The notes: generated by a model from the letters alone, not told the origin. Shown: positions 1 to 9,929, numbered from the stretch's first letter. The stretch is 64,000 nt of DNA from an uncultured bacterium (GCA_964497515.1 CAZCCV010000002.1:62252-126251); one strand, 5' to 3'. A program made the numbers and translations.

Positions 1-534
1 CGAAAAGCAGCTTTTCACGAACAGCCAGAGCTTCGCGATATTGCACTTGGGGCTAAGGATCTGTTCGTATCCGGCCTTGCGTTAACCTTCGCCAACATAA
101 TTGCGGTGGGCGTACTAGCCACCGACGCAGCATTTTTCTTCGGTTTCTTTGGACCTCTGAAAGGCTCCGGTGTGTTCTATATCCTCGGCATGGTAGTGTG
201 CTATTTCCTGCTTACGTGGGTGATGGTCTCTATGTATCATTTCCCTGCGCTGCTTGCTCAGAAGCCGCTTGAGCAGAAGGAGGGAGCTGCTGCAGCCATT
301 AAAAAGAGCGTTCTTCTTTTTCTCGGTTGTCCGGCCTATACACTGGCTCTCTTTCTTGTTATACTCTCTTTTACGGCGATTTGTGTTTTGAGTGTTATAA
401 GTTTCTTTCTTCTATTTGCAGGAACCACAGCGTTTATGCTTACTTATTCGCTCAGGGAGCTGTTTATACGTTATGGAGTCATTGAGGACACCCCCGAAGC
501 CGCGGATGATCTCGGTTGGAGGCTGGAGCAGTAA
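1..534 (+). CDS. Integral membrane protein, 5' end outside the window (frame open from nt 1)
   Basis: The frame of ORF 106..534 has no stop back to nt 1, so the gene starts upstream of the window. Translation shows 4-5 hydrophobic helices (FFGFFGPLKGSGVFYILGMVVCYFLL; LFLVILSFTAICVLSVISFFLLFAG). No family motif recognised. Confidence 0.5.
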   Translation, partial: RKAAFHEQPELRDIALGAKDLFVSGLALTFANIIAVGVLATDAAFFFGFFGPLKGSGVFYILGMVVCYFLLTWVMVSMYHFPALLAQKPLEQKEGAAAAIKKSVLLFLGCPAYTLALFLVILSFTAICVLSVISFFLLFAGTTAFMLTYSLRELFIRYGVIEDTPEAADDLGWRLEQ

Positions 535-536
535 TT

Positions 537-1469
537 ATGCCTGATGTTGTCTGCCTTGGCATACTGGTAGCTGATGTTATTGGTAAACCGGTCGATAAGT
601 GGCCGGAGCGCGGAAAACTGGAACTGGTCGACCGAATGGAACTGCATACCGGAGGCTGTGCGTCGAACACGGGTATTGGCCTCGCACGGATTGGCATTCA
701 CACTGCGGTTATTGGCAAGGTCGGTAACGATGGCTTCGGAGATTTTATCGTAGGCGCTCTCCGACAAAACGGTATTGATTGTTCCGGAGTCGCAAGAGAC
801 TCTGAAGAAGCTACTTCCTCTACGATGGTTATGGTTCACGTGGACGGTGAGCGCAGCTTCATTCACTACATCGGTGCAAATGCTGCACTTGTCGAGTCCG
901 ATGTTGATATGTCTCTTATAACCAGCTCTAAGATTCTCCACCTGGCAGGTTCTCTTCTACTGCCGGGGTTGGATGGCGAACCTTCTGCCCGCATTCTTAA
1001 GGCAGCTAAAGAAGCTGGCGTTACAACAACGCTTGATACCGCGTGGGACTCAAAAGGGCGCTGGATGTCTGTCCTCAAACCCTGTTTGCCGCACGTGGAT
1101 TATATGCTACCCAGCCTCGAAGAAGCGCGAATGATTACAGGCAGGCAGGAGCCTCACGACATCGCTACAGTACTCCTCGAATTAGGAGTGGGAACCGTAG
1201 CGCTTAAGATGGGTGAAGCAGGCTGCTATGTAAGAAACAAGGATGTTGAACTAGCTATTCCACGCTTCAACGTGAGTGTAGTCGATGCCTGTGGAGCAGG
1301 GGATGCCTTCGTCGCCGGATTCCTTACCGGTCTGGTTCACGGTTGGGACCTGCCTCAAACTGCTCGGTTTGCAAATGCTGTTGGTGCTATGTGTGTGACT
1401 GCCATCGGCGCCACCACGGGCGTAAGTGGCCTCAAAGAGACCGAGGAGTTCATCAGACGCAGCAAGTGA
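537..1469 (+). CDS. PfkB-family carbohydrate kinase (ribokinase / 2-dehydro-3-deoxygluconokinase-like)
   Basis: C-terminal PfkB signature DACGAGDAFVAGFL and an N-terminal GILVAD...ELHTGGCASN sugar-binding region. ATG at 537 sits 2 nt after the upstream stop, with GGAGG about 14 nt upstream; the track ORF 516..1469 starts at an earlier in-frame Met. Confidence 0.8.
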   Translation: MPDVVCLGILVADVIGKPVDKWPERGKLELVDRMELHTGGCASNTGIGLARIGIHTAVIGKVGNDGFGDFIVGALRQNGIDCSGVARDSEEATSSTMVMVHVDGERSFIHYIGANAALVESDVDMSLITSSKILHLAGSLLLPGLDGEPSARILKAAKEAGVTTTLDTAWDSKGRWMSVLKPCLPHVDYMLPSLEEARMITGRQEPHDIATVLLELGVGTVALKMGEAGCYVRNKDVELAIPRFNVSVVDACGAGDAFVAGFLTGLVHGWDLPQTARFANAVGAMCVTAIGATTGVSGLKETEEFIRRSK

Positions 1470-1540
1470 CGAATCTGCGTACAGCACAATAGGCGTTCCG
1501 CGCAGCGAGTTCCTCTGACGCGATCACGCTATGCCCTGTT

Positions 1541-1813
1541 TTACGACATTAGATTGACGCGAACACATAATATCAGGTAGACAAACAGATAGAGAACAAT
1601 AGCGGTTCGTGATGCGAGGCGTGCAAACACAGGCTTGCGTCGACGGTACCATTCAATTATTGCAATGAACGGCACAAAGCTTGCGGTCTTGACTACAAGA
1701 AACAGTGCTGCACTTCGATTGAGACACGCAGCCATAATTGGGTTATGCTCCACAGCGTGACCAGTGCATACAAAAATGAGAGTGCTGAACATATCGGCCA
1801 GGCATATCAGCAT
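1541..1813 (-). CDS. Small (90 aa) membrane protein, DUF5658-like (E-x-N-P motif)
   Basis: Internal Met (MLICLADMFSTLIFVCTGHAVEHNPIMAA...) of the 228-aa minus-strand track ORF. Three hydrophobic segments and the AVEHNP motif resemble the DUF5658 small-membrane-protein family. The upstream 138 codons of the track ORF are Cys/His/Arg-rich and look non-coding. Confidence 0.4.
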   Translation of the reverse strand: MLICLADMFSTLIFVCTGHAVEHNPIMAACLNRSAALFLVVKTASFVPFIAIIEWYRRRKPVFARLASRTAIVLYLFVYLILCVRVNLMS

Positions 1814-2019
1814 CAGAACAATAGATTCTCTACTCAAGGTAGCTGTTACGCCTTTCAACACTAGACCTCCAACACTTCGATGTGATTGATACCTTAAGCA
1901 CTGTTCAAAAACCGTGCCGGAGACCCTGGCACAATTACTAGTTTTTGCATTCCTGTTAGAATTGACCTCTCGAAATAGAGCAAATCTGTGGTGTGTCGGC
2001 ATAGCAGCGGACTGAAACG

Positions 2020-2048
2020 TTACTTGTTCCAGCATAGTGTTGTATAAT
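2020..2048 (+). promoter_or_regulatory. Putative sigma70-type promoter for alaS (TTACTT-17-TATAAT)
   Basis: Perfect TATAAT hexamer at 2043..2048 with a TG dinucleotide just upstream; weak -35 (TTACTT at 2020..2025). About 80-110 nt upstream of the alaS start candidates. Confidence 0.35.
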
Positions 2049-2128
2049 AGCGATATTCGTCGCGGCCGGGTGGCCGTGACTGTGATGCAAATAATGTAAG
2101 GGAGATCAATAGATAGAGAGTTTGTTGG

Positions 2129-4813
2129 GTGCCCGCGGCCCCAATACCAGTGAATATGAGTATGACAAGCAGTGAACTTAGAACGGCATATCTGAAATTC
2201 TTCGAAAGCAAAGGACATATCGTCCACCCGAGTGATTCACTAATCCCCGATGACCCATCGCTTCTGTACACCGCAGCAGGAATGGTTCAGTTCAAACCTT
2301 TCTTCGTAGGAGAACGTGTTCCACCTGCGTCACGAATAGTCACCAGCCAGAAGTGTATGCGCACTGATGACGTGGAGGAAGTCGGTGATGCTGTGCACCA
2401 TACGTTCTTCGAGATGCTTGGCAACTTCAGTTTTGGAGACTATTTCAAGTGCGAGTCGATTGTATGGGCGTGGGAGTTTCTGACGGATGTTCTCAAGTTC
2501 AACCCAGACAACCTTTGGACCAGTGTCTATCTTGACGATGACGAGGCATACAGCATCTGGACAGATAGAATAGGCTTTCCCAAAGAGAGAATCGTCCGCC
2601 TCGGAGCAGACAAAAACTATTGGCCAGCAAATGCGCCTCTCAATGGCCCAAACGGCCCCTGCGGCCCGTGTAATGAGATCTTTGTAGATATGACTCCCGA
2701 ACTCGGTGCTCCCTCTGATCCTGCGTGGTCAATAGCGCACGATGGCAACAGGTTTGTCGAAGTTTGGAATCTGGTCTTTCAGCAGTTCGATCGAAAAGAG
2801 GACGGCACTTTGGAGCCGCTGCCAACGAAGAATATCGATACTGGTATGGGGCTCGAGCGCACTATTGCGGTTTTGCAGGGCACTCCTACAGACTACGAAA
2901 CCGACCTGTTTATGCCGCTCATCAAAGAGATCGAAAAGATTACAGGCACAGAATACGGAAAGGATGAGGCCAAAACTCGGGCGATACGCATCATTGCAGA
3001 CCACGTCCGCGGAGCCACTTTTGCAATAGCCGACGGCGCTATGCCCTCCAATATGGGGCGTGGTTATGTGCTTCGCAGAATTATCCGCCGCGCTGTTCTA
3101 AGAGGCAAAGAGCTTGGTATGAACAAGCCATTCATGCATAGCATTGTGCCGATAGTCGCCGAAATGATGCAGGGTGTCTATTCAGAGCCGAAAGACAGAC
3201 TAGAGTATGTAATGAGTCTGATTAAATCCGAAGAAGAGAAGTTCCTTCGAACGCTTGATGCTGGGATGGCTAGGCTCACACAGCAGATTGAGGAAGTGAA
3301 GAAACTCGGCAACAAGACACTTCCGGGCGATGCTGCATTTGCACTACACGACACCTACGGTTTTCCGTTGGAACTCACCCAAGAGATAGCCAAGAAACAA
3401 GATATAGAGGTAGATGCAAACGGTTTCCAAGCTGCTATGGAAGATCAGCGCAAGCGTGCAAAGGAATCGAGTGACTTTGCAACAGCACTCTTCGGAAGTG
3501 GCAGTCACGCAATCTTCGAACTCGAGCAGAGCGTTCCACCGACTGGGTTTATCGGAGGCCACGACGTCGAGGGAGATGCGAAGGTTCTCGCTATTCTGAA
3601 AGATGGCGAATTGGTAAGCATTGCGAGCATGGGTGACACGGTTGATATTGCCCTCGATGTCACACCTTTCTACGCTGAAAGCGGTGGACAAGTAGGCGAT
3701 GAGGGACAAATCCTTTCGAAAGGCGGGATGCTGAAGGTAAAGAACACGATCAAGACATCTCGAATCTTCCTTCACACGGTTGAGGTTCTAACTGGAGAGA
3801 TACGAGTTGGGGACGGCGTTCACGGCGAGATCGACTGCAAGCGCCGGATGGCTATCCAACGGAATCACACCGCAACACATCTTCTGCACGCAGCACTTAG
3901 AAATGTGCTTGGCCCGCACGCACTGCAGTCTGGTTCAGTTGTCGAACCAGGTCGGTTAAGGTTCGACTTTTCGCATTTTCAGGCTGTAACAAAAGAAGAG
4001 TTGAGAGCCGTCGAAGATCAGGTAAACGAAAAAATACTCGCTGACCTTTCTGTAGAGATATTCGAAACATCCTTCGATGAGGCCAGAGAGATAGGTGCTA
4101 CGGCACTCTTTGGGGAAAAATACGGCGAGCGAGTGCGTGTAATGAAAATCGGCGATTACAGCGTCGAATTGTGTGGAGGCACGCACCTCACCCGAACGAG
4201 CCAGGTGGGGATGTTCAAAATCGTCAGCGAGTCTTCCATCGGTGCTGGCCTGCGCAGGATTGAAGCGGTTACAGGCGCGGGAGCTATCGAATATATTCAC
4301 AGTTTAGAAGATCTGTTTGACGATGTCTGTCGAACGCTGAACGCTTCACCTGCTGAAGCGGCTGCATCCTCTGAACGCCTGCACGCTGCGCTCAAGGAAT
4401 CTCAACGGAAGATCGAGCAGTTACAGTCGAAATCAGCTTCTGAACAGGCAGGAGACTTGGCAGCGAGTGCTGAGCCAGTTGCCGGTGTAGACCTTGTGGT
4501 TAGCAGTATCCCTACGGCCGAAGTTCCCACTCTCAGTTCACTCGCCGACAGTATTGCCGACAGGCTTAAGTCCGGAATAGTGGTGCTCGGGGGTGTGGGA
4601 GACGGCAAGGTAGTCTTTGTGTGCAAAGTCACTTCCGACCTTGTGAAAAAGGGGTTCCACGCTGGCAATATCTTGCGGGAAGTCGCTAAGGCGGCTGGTG
4701 GAGGAGGAGGCGGGAGACCGGATTTTGCACAGGCTGGTGGCCGCGATGCATCCAAAGTGGACGACGCGCTTAAGCTCGCGGCGGCGTTAGTCAAACAGCA
4801 AGCCGGCGAGTAG
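2129..4813 (+). CDS. alaS: Alanine--tRNA ligase (AlaRS)
   Basis: 894-aa ORF with class-II AlaRS motifs: FFESKGH, HHTFFEMLGNFSFGDYFK, editing-domain HTATHLLH...CGGTH, and a C-terminal DHHA1-like GGGGGRPDFAQAGG. GTG at 2129 opens the ORF; ATG at 2156 or 2162 (MTSSELR...) are equally plausible starts. Confidence 0.95.
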   Translation: MPAAPIPVNMSMTSSELRTAYLKFFESKGHIVHPSDSLIPDDPSLLYTAAGMVQFKPFFVGERVPPASRIVTSQKCMRTDDVEEVGDAVHHTFFEMLGNFSFGDYFKCESIVWAWEFLTDVLKFNPDNLWTSVYLDDDEAYSIWTDRIGFPKERIVRLGADKNYWPANAPLNGPNGPCGPCNEIFVDMTPELGAPSDPAWSIAHDGNRFVEVWNLVFQQFDRKEDGTLEPLPTKNIDTGMGLERTIAVLQGTPTDYETDLFMPLIKEIEKITGTEYGKDEAKTRAIRIIADHVRGATFAIADGAMPSNMGRGYVLRRIIRRAVLRGKELGMNKPFMHSIVPIVAEMMQGVYSEPKDRLEYVMSLIKSEEEKFLRTLDAGMARLTQQIEEVKKLGNKTLPGDAAFALHDTYGFPLELTQEIAKKQDIEVDANGFQAAMEDQRKRAKESSDFATALFGSGSHAIFELEQSVPPTGFIGGHDVEGDAKVLAILKDGELVSIASMGDTVDIALDVTPFYAESGGQVGDEGQILSKGGMLKVKNTIKTSRIFLHTVEVLTGEIRVGDGVHGEIDCKRRMAIQRNHTATHLLHAALRNVLGPHALQSGSVVEPGRLRFDFSHFQAVTKEELRAVEDQVNEKILADLSVEIFETSFDEAREIGATALFGEKYGERVRVMKIGDYSVELCGGTHLTRTSQVGMFKIVSESSIGAGLRRIEAVTGAGAIEYIHSLEDLFDDVCRTLNASPAEAAASSERLHAALKESQRKIEQLQSKSASEQAGDLAASAEPVAGVDLVVSSIPTAEVPTLSSLADSIADRLKSGIVVLGGVGDGKVVFVCKVTSDLVKKGFHAGNILREVAKAAGGGGGGRPDFAQAGGRDASKVDDALKLAAALVKQQAGE

Positions 4814-4829
4814 CCAGCATCTACAAACT

Positions 4830-7085
4830 ATGCGTCTGCTGTGCAAGCACAATCTGATACTGACTGCTATTCTGGCTGTTGCTGTTCTTGCGTCTGCGGC
4901 AACTGGGGCGCCTGCTCGGAAAGTCGTATTGGTTGTTGCCGACTATCTGACTCTTTCCGATCTTCTCGAAAGCGAACTGCCAGGAATACACAAGTTGGTC
5001 TCGGAGGGCGGAGTCGGACTGATATGCCCCGGCGTAAACACGAGAAGGGCAGTCGGATCGGCTTACATTGCAATAAGTTCTGGCGGCGCCGCTTGGGCCG
5101 GAAAAGAGATCGACAAAGCCTGTTCTCATTACGAAGACTTACCTGATGAAACGGACGACGCCGGAGCAGCATATCTGCGTCGCACAGGAGAAGCGTACGT
5201 TCCTGCTGTAACGCACTTGGGGCTGCCGTATCTGGTGTCGAGGAACGAGTACTTTGACACAAGAGTCGTGCCAGGGGCTCTGGCGGAATTGCTCGCGCAG
5301 GCCGGTAAGACCACTGCAGTCTTCGGCAACTCCGATCTTGCCGATTCTCCACGCAGGCGAGCAGCGGTAATAGCGGCATCCTCCGAGGGTGCGGTTCTTG
5401 AGGGCGATGTAAGTGTCGCAATGCTTGAAAACGACCCTATAAGCCCTGCAGGATATGTGACCGATGCCAAAAAGCTCGCTGCGTCTGTTAACAGCGCGCT
5501 TTCAACCACAGACTTCATTGTTGTGGATTTTGGCGACACTAGCAGAGTCGAAATGAGCAGAACACGGCTGTCAGAGCGAGCCTATTCAGCACACCGGACG
5601 AAAGCTCTGGCAAATCTGGATGCCCTTTTGACTCATCTAATGCGCGGCTCTGCTGGTAGCAGCACTATCATCCTTGCTTCGCTAGAGGCGAAGATCCCCC
5701 AGAAGGACGAACCCAGACGATTGGCTCCGATAGTGCTCTGGCGGGCAGATGGCGCATCCGGCGTGTTGATTTCGGGCACTACACGAACCGATGGTTTGGT
5801 TTCCGGATTCGATATTGCTCCCACAATCGTAAATAGTCTGGGACTCGGCAAAGTGCATCGCATGACGGGCTCTTCAGTGACCACAGTTGTGGGTGATAAG
5901 AACCGGGCGATATGGATCGACAATCTTGTCACCCTGAACCGTAACACTATGTGGGTGGTTCTTGGAGTATTCGGAGGGTTAGGCATACTCGTCGCAACAG
6001 TAGTTGCTTGGGCTGTTTCTACGGGTTGCGGTAACTCCGGATGGCTCGCCGGAACACTCAGAGTGGGTATTGTGGCTGCGATGTCATCTCCTATGGCAAT
6101 GTTGTATGCCTCTGCAGGGACTCCTGAGATTGTTCCGTATGCTTTGCGTCTGGTTGCGTGGCTTCTGGCCTTTATAGCTGCTGCTTTCTTGCTGAGTAGT
6201 GTGCTCAAGCGAATGCTTGGCCATAGAATGGAGCGGTTTCCTGGCACTTTGCCGGCTGTAACCGTCGCGCTAATCGCTTCGTCTGCATTGCTTGTTGAGT
6301 CTTTTCGTGCTGGCAGCCTGATGCGGTTTTCTCTGCCGAGCACGGCAGACTTCAGAGGCTTCAGGTTCTACGGCATCGGCAACGAATATATGGGTGTCCT
6401 TCTTGGAGCTGCGTTAATCGCAATCATCTGGATAAGAGAGTGCTTCCCCGAGTGGAAAACACACCGGATGGGGCGGGGAATTATGCTTTCGATCAGCGCT
6501 ATAATAGTGCTCGTTATGGGGGCGCCTGTGTTCGGAGCAAATGCCGGTGGAACTGTGGCTGCGGTTGTCGGCCTGGGACTTCTCTACATCTCAGGGACAA
6601 AAGGCTCTTTCAAACCGATCCATTGGCTGTTGTTTGCCGCTGTCGGAGCCTCCGTTGTTGTTGTGTTTATGTTGCTCGATGCTGTCATATCATCCGGAGC
6701 GCCTTCGCATATGGGTCTTGCAGCTTCCGGCGCATCCAAAGAAGGCTACGCAGTTCTTATAGCTATCGCAGCCCGAAAAGTAGCTATGAATCTCAGGCTT
6801 ATCAGTTTACCTCAATCGCTTGTGGCAATCGCTGCAGGGGTTCCTTTTTTTGTGATGTGTTTTTACTCTCTTAGAGCCAGAGTGCGAAAATTGACGGAAG
6901 GTCGACCGGAGATGTCTTCTGGCATACTCGCCGCGCTTGGATGTGCGGTTGCGGCATTTCTTTTTAATGACTCCGGAATAGTAGCTGCGACACTGATATT
7001 CGGTTTCCTGGCTATGAGTCTGCTTTATTCTCTTCTGGATGCTGGGCGGGAAGGAGTACAGCGTGGCGCGGTTGATGGCACTTGA
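4830..7085 (+). CDS. Large membrane protein: signal peptide + periplasmic alkaline-phosphatase-superfamily-like domain + C-terminal polytopic (about 10-11 TM) domain; function unknown
   Basis: N-terminal signal peptide (MRLLCKHNLILTAILAVAVLASAATGA). The periplasmic region carries AP-superfamily-like motifs (KVVLVVADYLTLSDL near the N-terminus; GFDIAPTIVNSLGL resembling the DIAPT(I/L)L motif of sulfatase/LtaS/EptA-type enzymes). The C-terminal ~380 aa is a run of hydrophobic helices. Overlaps the ruvX start by 11 nt. Confidence 0.55.
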   Translation: MRLLCKHNLILTAILAVAVLASAATGAPARKVVLVVADYLTLSDLLESELPGIHKLVSEGGVGLICPGVNTRRAVGSAYIAISSGGAAWAGKEIDKACSHYEDLPDETDDAGAAYLRRTGEAYVPAVTHLGLPYLVSRNEYFDTRVVPGALAELLAQAGKTTAVFGNSDLADSPRRRAAVIAASSEGAVLEGDVSVAMLENDPISPAGYVTDAKKLAASVNSALSTTDFIVVDFGDTSRVEMSRTRLSERAYSAHRTKALANLDALLTHLMRGSAGSSTIILASLEAKIPQKDEPRRLAPIVLWRADGASGVLISGTTRTDGLVSGFDIAPTIVNSLGLGKVHRMTGSSVTTVVGDKNRAIWIDNLVTLNRNTMWVVLGVFGGLGILVATVVAWAVSTGCGNSGWLAGTLRVGIVAAMSSPMAMLYASAGTPEIVPYALRLVAWLLAFIAAAFLLSSVLKRMLGHRMERFPGTLPAVTVALIASSALLVESFRAGSLMRFSLPSTADFRGFRFYGIGNEYMGVLLGAALIAIIWIRECFPEWKTHRMGRGIMLSISAIIVLVMGAPVFGANAGGTVAAVVGLGLLYISGTKGSFKPIHWLLFAAVGASVVVVFMLLDAVISSGAPSHMGLAASGASKEGYAVLIAIAARKVAMNLRLISLPQSLVAIAAGVPFFVMCFYSLRARVRKLTEGRPEMSSGILAALGCAVAAFLFNDSGIVAATLIFGFLAMSLLYSLLDAGREGVQRGAVDGT

Positions 7086-7488
7086 TGTGGGGTCCAAAAC
7101 AATCGGCGTTGCTATGACCGACGAACTGCAGATAATCGCCTCTCCGTTTAGCACCATTAGGAGAACAGAGAGTATAAAGGCTGATCTGCGGGCAGTGGAA
7201 CAACTGGTGTTGGACTATCAGATATCAAAGGTAATAGTTGGAAATCCGATGCTTATGAGTGGGGAAGAGGCTATTCAGTCTGGCAAAGTTCGGCAGTTCA
7301 CCGATAGACTTGCCCGGAGACTCAGGATCCCTGTCGAACTGTGGGACGAAAGGATGTCTACAGTCGAAGCAGAAGAAGTGCTGATTGAAACTGGAAACAG
7401 TCGCGAGGAACGGAAAAAGGTCATCGATAGCGTTGCTGCTGCGGTAATTCTGCGCAGTTATATGGATCACAAAGGAAACGAATCTTGA
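7075..7488 (+). CDS. ruvX: Holliday-junction resolvase-like pre-16S rRNA nuclease YqgF/RuvX
   Basis: MALDVGSKTIGVAMTD... N-terminus matches the YqgF family (E. coli LLAFDFGTKSIGVAVG); also KVIVGNPMLMSGEE and STVEAEEVL. The track ORF starts at 7039; the conserved N-terminus argues for ATG 7075. Confidence 0.9.
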   Translation: MALDVGSKTIGVAMTDELQIIASPFSTIRRTESIKADLRAVEQLVLDYQISKVIVGNPMLMSGEEAIQSGKVRQFTDRLARRLRIPVELWDERMSTVEAEEVLIETGNSREERKKVIDSVAAAVILRSYMDHKGNES

Positions 7489-8531
7489 CAACAGTCTTAG
7501 ACTACATCCACGAAGGTCGGAATTACATAATTGCAGTGATGGTCGTTTTTGCTTTTGTAGCGGCCGTGCTGCACTTTGTATTAGTCCCAATAGGCGGAGA
7601 CGACACTCCGATTACAGTAGTCGTGTCGAAGGGGGCAACGGCACGGTCAATTGCAGAGAATCTGGCCGACAAGAAGTTGATTCATCTGCCGTGTGCTTTT
7701 GTATTTGCTGCGAGCTCTGCTGGGCTCGCGGATAAGCTCAAACCCGGAGCTTACAAGTTCACTCGTAAAATGAGTGTGCGTCAGATGGTAGATGCTATGG
7801 CCGATGGCGATATGGCTGCGATCTGGGTGACAATTCCTGAAGGTTTCACTGTAAATGAGATTGCAAACAGGCTTGCCGAGAAAACCCTGGTGGACAAAGA
7901 AGAGTTTCTGGCGGCAGCGCAATCGATCACGCAGGATTACTCCAAAATCATCCCTCTGCCTGGCCCTGGACTGGAGGGATATCTGTTCCCGGATACCTAT
8001 CTGGTGTCAATTGACGGGAACTCTGAAGAGATTATCTCCACTATGCTCAAAGGGTTCAAGAATCGCGTTTACGATCCATATTCCAAAGAAATTGTAAAAA
8101 TCGCGGGGAGTGATGATCCTAAACTGTGTGCTGAAACCCTTAAGAAGATCATCATAATTGCTTCGATGATAGAGCGAGAGGCCAAGGTCGACAAAGATCG
8201 TCCGCTTATCTCTGCAGTCATTTGGAACAGGCTGAAACTCGGAATGAGACTAGAAATCGATGCTACTGTAAACTACGCTGCAGGAGTGCATTATTCTCGG
8301 CTTTACTACCAACATATCAATTCTGCAGATTCACCTTACAACACTTATAAACACAGAGGGCTTCCGCCGGGGCCGATCGCAAACCCCGGTTTGCCTTCCA
8401 TAAAAGCGGCAATGAATCCGGCGAAAGTCAACTATTTGTACTACGTCGCTAAGCCAGATGGCTCACATATATTCACAAACACGCTAGCGGATCACAATGC
8501 CGCCAAAGCGTCAAGGCGTAATGGAGGCTAA
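7485..8531 (+). CDS. mltG: Endolytic murein transglycosylase MltG (YceG family)
   Basis: N-terminal TM helix, then YceG-like motifs (TIPEGFTVNEIANRL, GYLFPDTY, ASMIEREA, GLPPGPIANPG). Canonical position after ruvX. Confidence 0.9.
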   Translation: MTTVLDYIHEGRNYIIAVMVVFAFVAAVLHFVLVPIGGDDTPITVVVSKGATARSIAENLADKKLIHLPCAFVFAASSAGLADKLKPGAYKFTRKMSVRQMVDAMADGDMAAIWVTIPEGFTVNEIANRLAEKTLVDKEEFLAAAQSITQDYSKIIPLPGPGLEGYLFPDTYLVSIDGNSEEIISTMLKGFKNRVYDPYSKEIVKIAGSDDPKLCAETLKKIIIIASMIEREAKVDKDRPLISAVIWNRLKLGMRLEIDATVNYAAGVHYSRLYYQHINSADSPYNTYKHRGLPPGPIANPGLPSIKAAMNPAKVNYLYYVAKPDGSHIFTNTLADHNAAKASRRNGG

Positions 8532-8537
8532 TCCCGA

Positions 8538-9065
8538 TTGGCTTGTCTAAGCAGATTGCTGTTTCCAAAACTGTGTGTAAAGTCGATAGCAGATATCGAC
8601 GTCGAATGGCTGGCGAGCAAAGGGATAACCTCTGTTTTGCTTGATCTGGATAACACCCTTCTGCCGTGGAAAGACTCAATCGTCCCCGCAAAATCGGCGG
8701 AATGGGTTGCTTTGGCGCTCTCCAAAGGAATGAGACTTTGCATCGCTTCAAATACCCACAAAACCAAGAGGCTGAGTGCAATTGCAGAGGAGCTTAAAAT
8801 AGAGTGCCTCAAAGGTACAGGTAAACCGGGGAAGAAGGGGCTGCGAAGAGCAATGGCCGCTATTGGTTCTACTCCGGAGAATACCGCTATGGTGGGCGAT
8901 CAGATATACACCGATATTTTCGGTGGAAATCGTCTGGGCATGTTTACAATCCTTGTTGCACGGATGCATCCCAAAGAGTTTTTTGGGACGAAGATCAGTC
9001 GGCTTTTCGAAAAGCCCATTCGTGCTGCTATGAGGCGCCGAGGAATAATCTGTCCGGAAGGGTAG
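8538..9065 (+). CDS. YqeG-family HAD-IIIA phosphatase
   Basis: ITSVLLDLDNTLLPW (HAD motif I, DxD) and MVGDQIYTDIFGGN (motif IV); about 175 aa like B. subtilis YqeG. TTG start at 8538 is tentative. Confidence 0.7.
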   Translation: MACLSRLLFPKLCVKSIADIDVEWLASKGITSVLLDLDNTLLPWKDSIVPAKSAEWVALALSKGMRLCIASNTHKTKRLSAIAEELKIECLKGTGKPGKKGLRRAMAAIGSTPENTAMVGDQIYTDIFGGNRLGMFTILVARMHPKEFFGTKISRLFEKPIRAAMRRRGIICPEG

Positions 9066-9074
9066 GGGAATAAG

Positions 9075-9929
9075 ATGCGTATTACCGGACGAACAAAAGT
9101 GCTCTGTATCATTGGGCATCCTGTGGAACACAGTGTCTCGCCTGCAATGCACAATTCGGCGATACATAAGCTCGGTTTGGACTACATGTATGTACCTTTC
9201 AACGTATTGCCCGATGATTTGCCACGCGCTGTAGAATCTATTCGTTCTTTGGGTATAGTTGGCGCTAACATCACAGTTCCGTATAAAGAAGCCGTTATAT
9301 CGCTTCTAGACGAAGTAAGCGAAGAAGCTAGTATGATAGGGTCGGTAAATACAGTAACGAATAGCGGAGGAAAGCTCAGTGGTTCGACCACCGACGGGGC
9401 AGGGTTCGTAAAATCGCTCATAGAGTCGGGATTCTCACCAGCGGGTTCTCGCGCTATCTTGCTGGGGGCTGGTGGCGCAGGGCGTGCGGTAGCTTTTGCG
9501 CTGGCCGCTGCTCACGCGGAGGTTACGATACTGAATCGCGCATCAGGAAAAGCTGAGGTGCTGGCAGAGGATGTGAAACGATCTCTGCCCGGCGCGAGTG
9601 TGAGAGGAGAATCAGGCTACGACACTCTCAAAGAGTGTCTCAAGAGTGCTAATCTACTGGTTAACAGCACCACAGTGGGTATGTCGCCTAACCCAGAAGA
9701 AACTCTTGTTTCTTCTGAACTCATAAGACCAGGGCTTGTGGTATACGATCTGGTATATAACCCTCTTCGCACTCGTTTACTTAGCGACGCTGAAGCTGCC
9801 GGGGCGGTTTCCGTAAGCGGTCTCGGAATGCTTGTGCATCAGGGTGCGATGTCGTTTGAGACTTGGATAGGTGTCGCTCCTTCGGTTTCGACTATGTTGG
9901 CAGGAGCGAAAGCGGCACTGGGTCTGTAA
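9075..9929 (+). CDS. aroE: Shikimate 5-dehydrogenase
   Basis: GHPVEHSVSPAMHNSA, GANITVPYKEAV, GSTTDGAGFV, Rossmann ILLGAGGAGRAVAFAL, LVNSTTVGM. Confidence 0.9.
   Translation: MRITGRTKVLCIIGHPVEHSVSPAMHNSAIHKLGLDYMYVPFNVLPDDLPRAVESIRSLGIVGANITVPYKEAVISLLDEVSEEASMIGSVNTVTNSGGKLSGSTTDGAGFVKSLIESGFSPAGSRAILLGAGGAGRAVAFALAAAHAEVTILNRASGKAEVLAEDVKRSLPGASVRGESGYDTLKECLKSANLLVNSTTVGMSPNPEETLVSSELIRPGLVVYDLVYNPLRTRLLSDAEAAGAVSVSGLGMLVHQGAMSFETWIGVAPSVSTMLAGAKAALGL

Noticed and set aside
2129-2161. Upstream GTG start for alaS
   Set aside because: Kept as the feature boundary because it opens the ORF. Alignment with E. coli AlaRS suggests translation more likely starts at ATG 2156 or 2162, and no strong RBS distinguishes them. 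Flagged as uncertain rather than resolved.
1541-2227. 228-aa minus-strand ORF overlapping the alaS start region
   Set aside because: Only the C-terminal 90 codons look like a real small membrane protein (DUF5658-like). The N-terminal 138 codons are Cys/His/Arg/Trp-rich, overlap the alaS promoter/start and have no RBS context.
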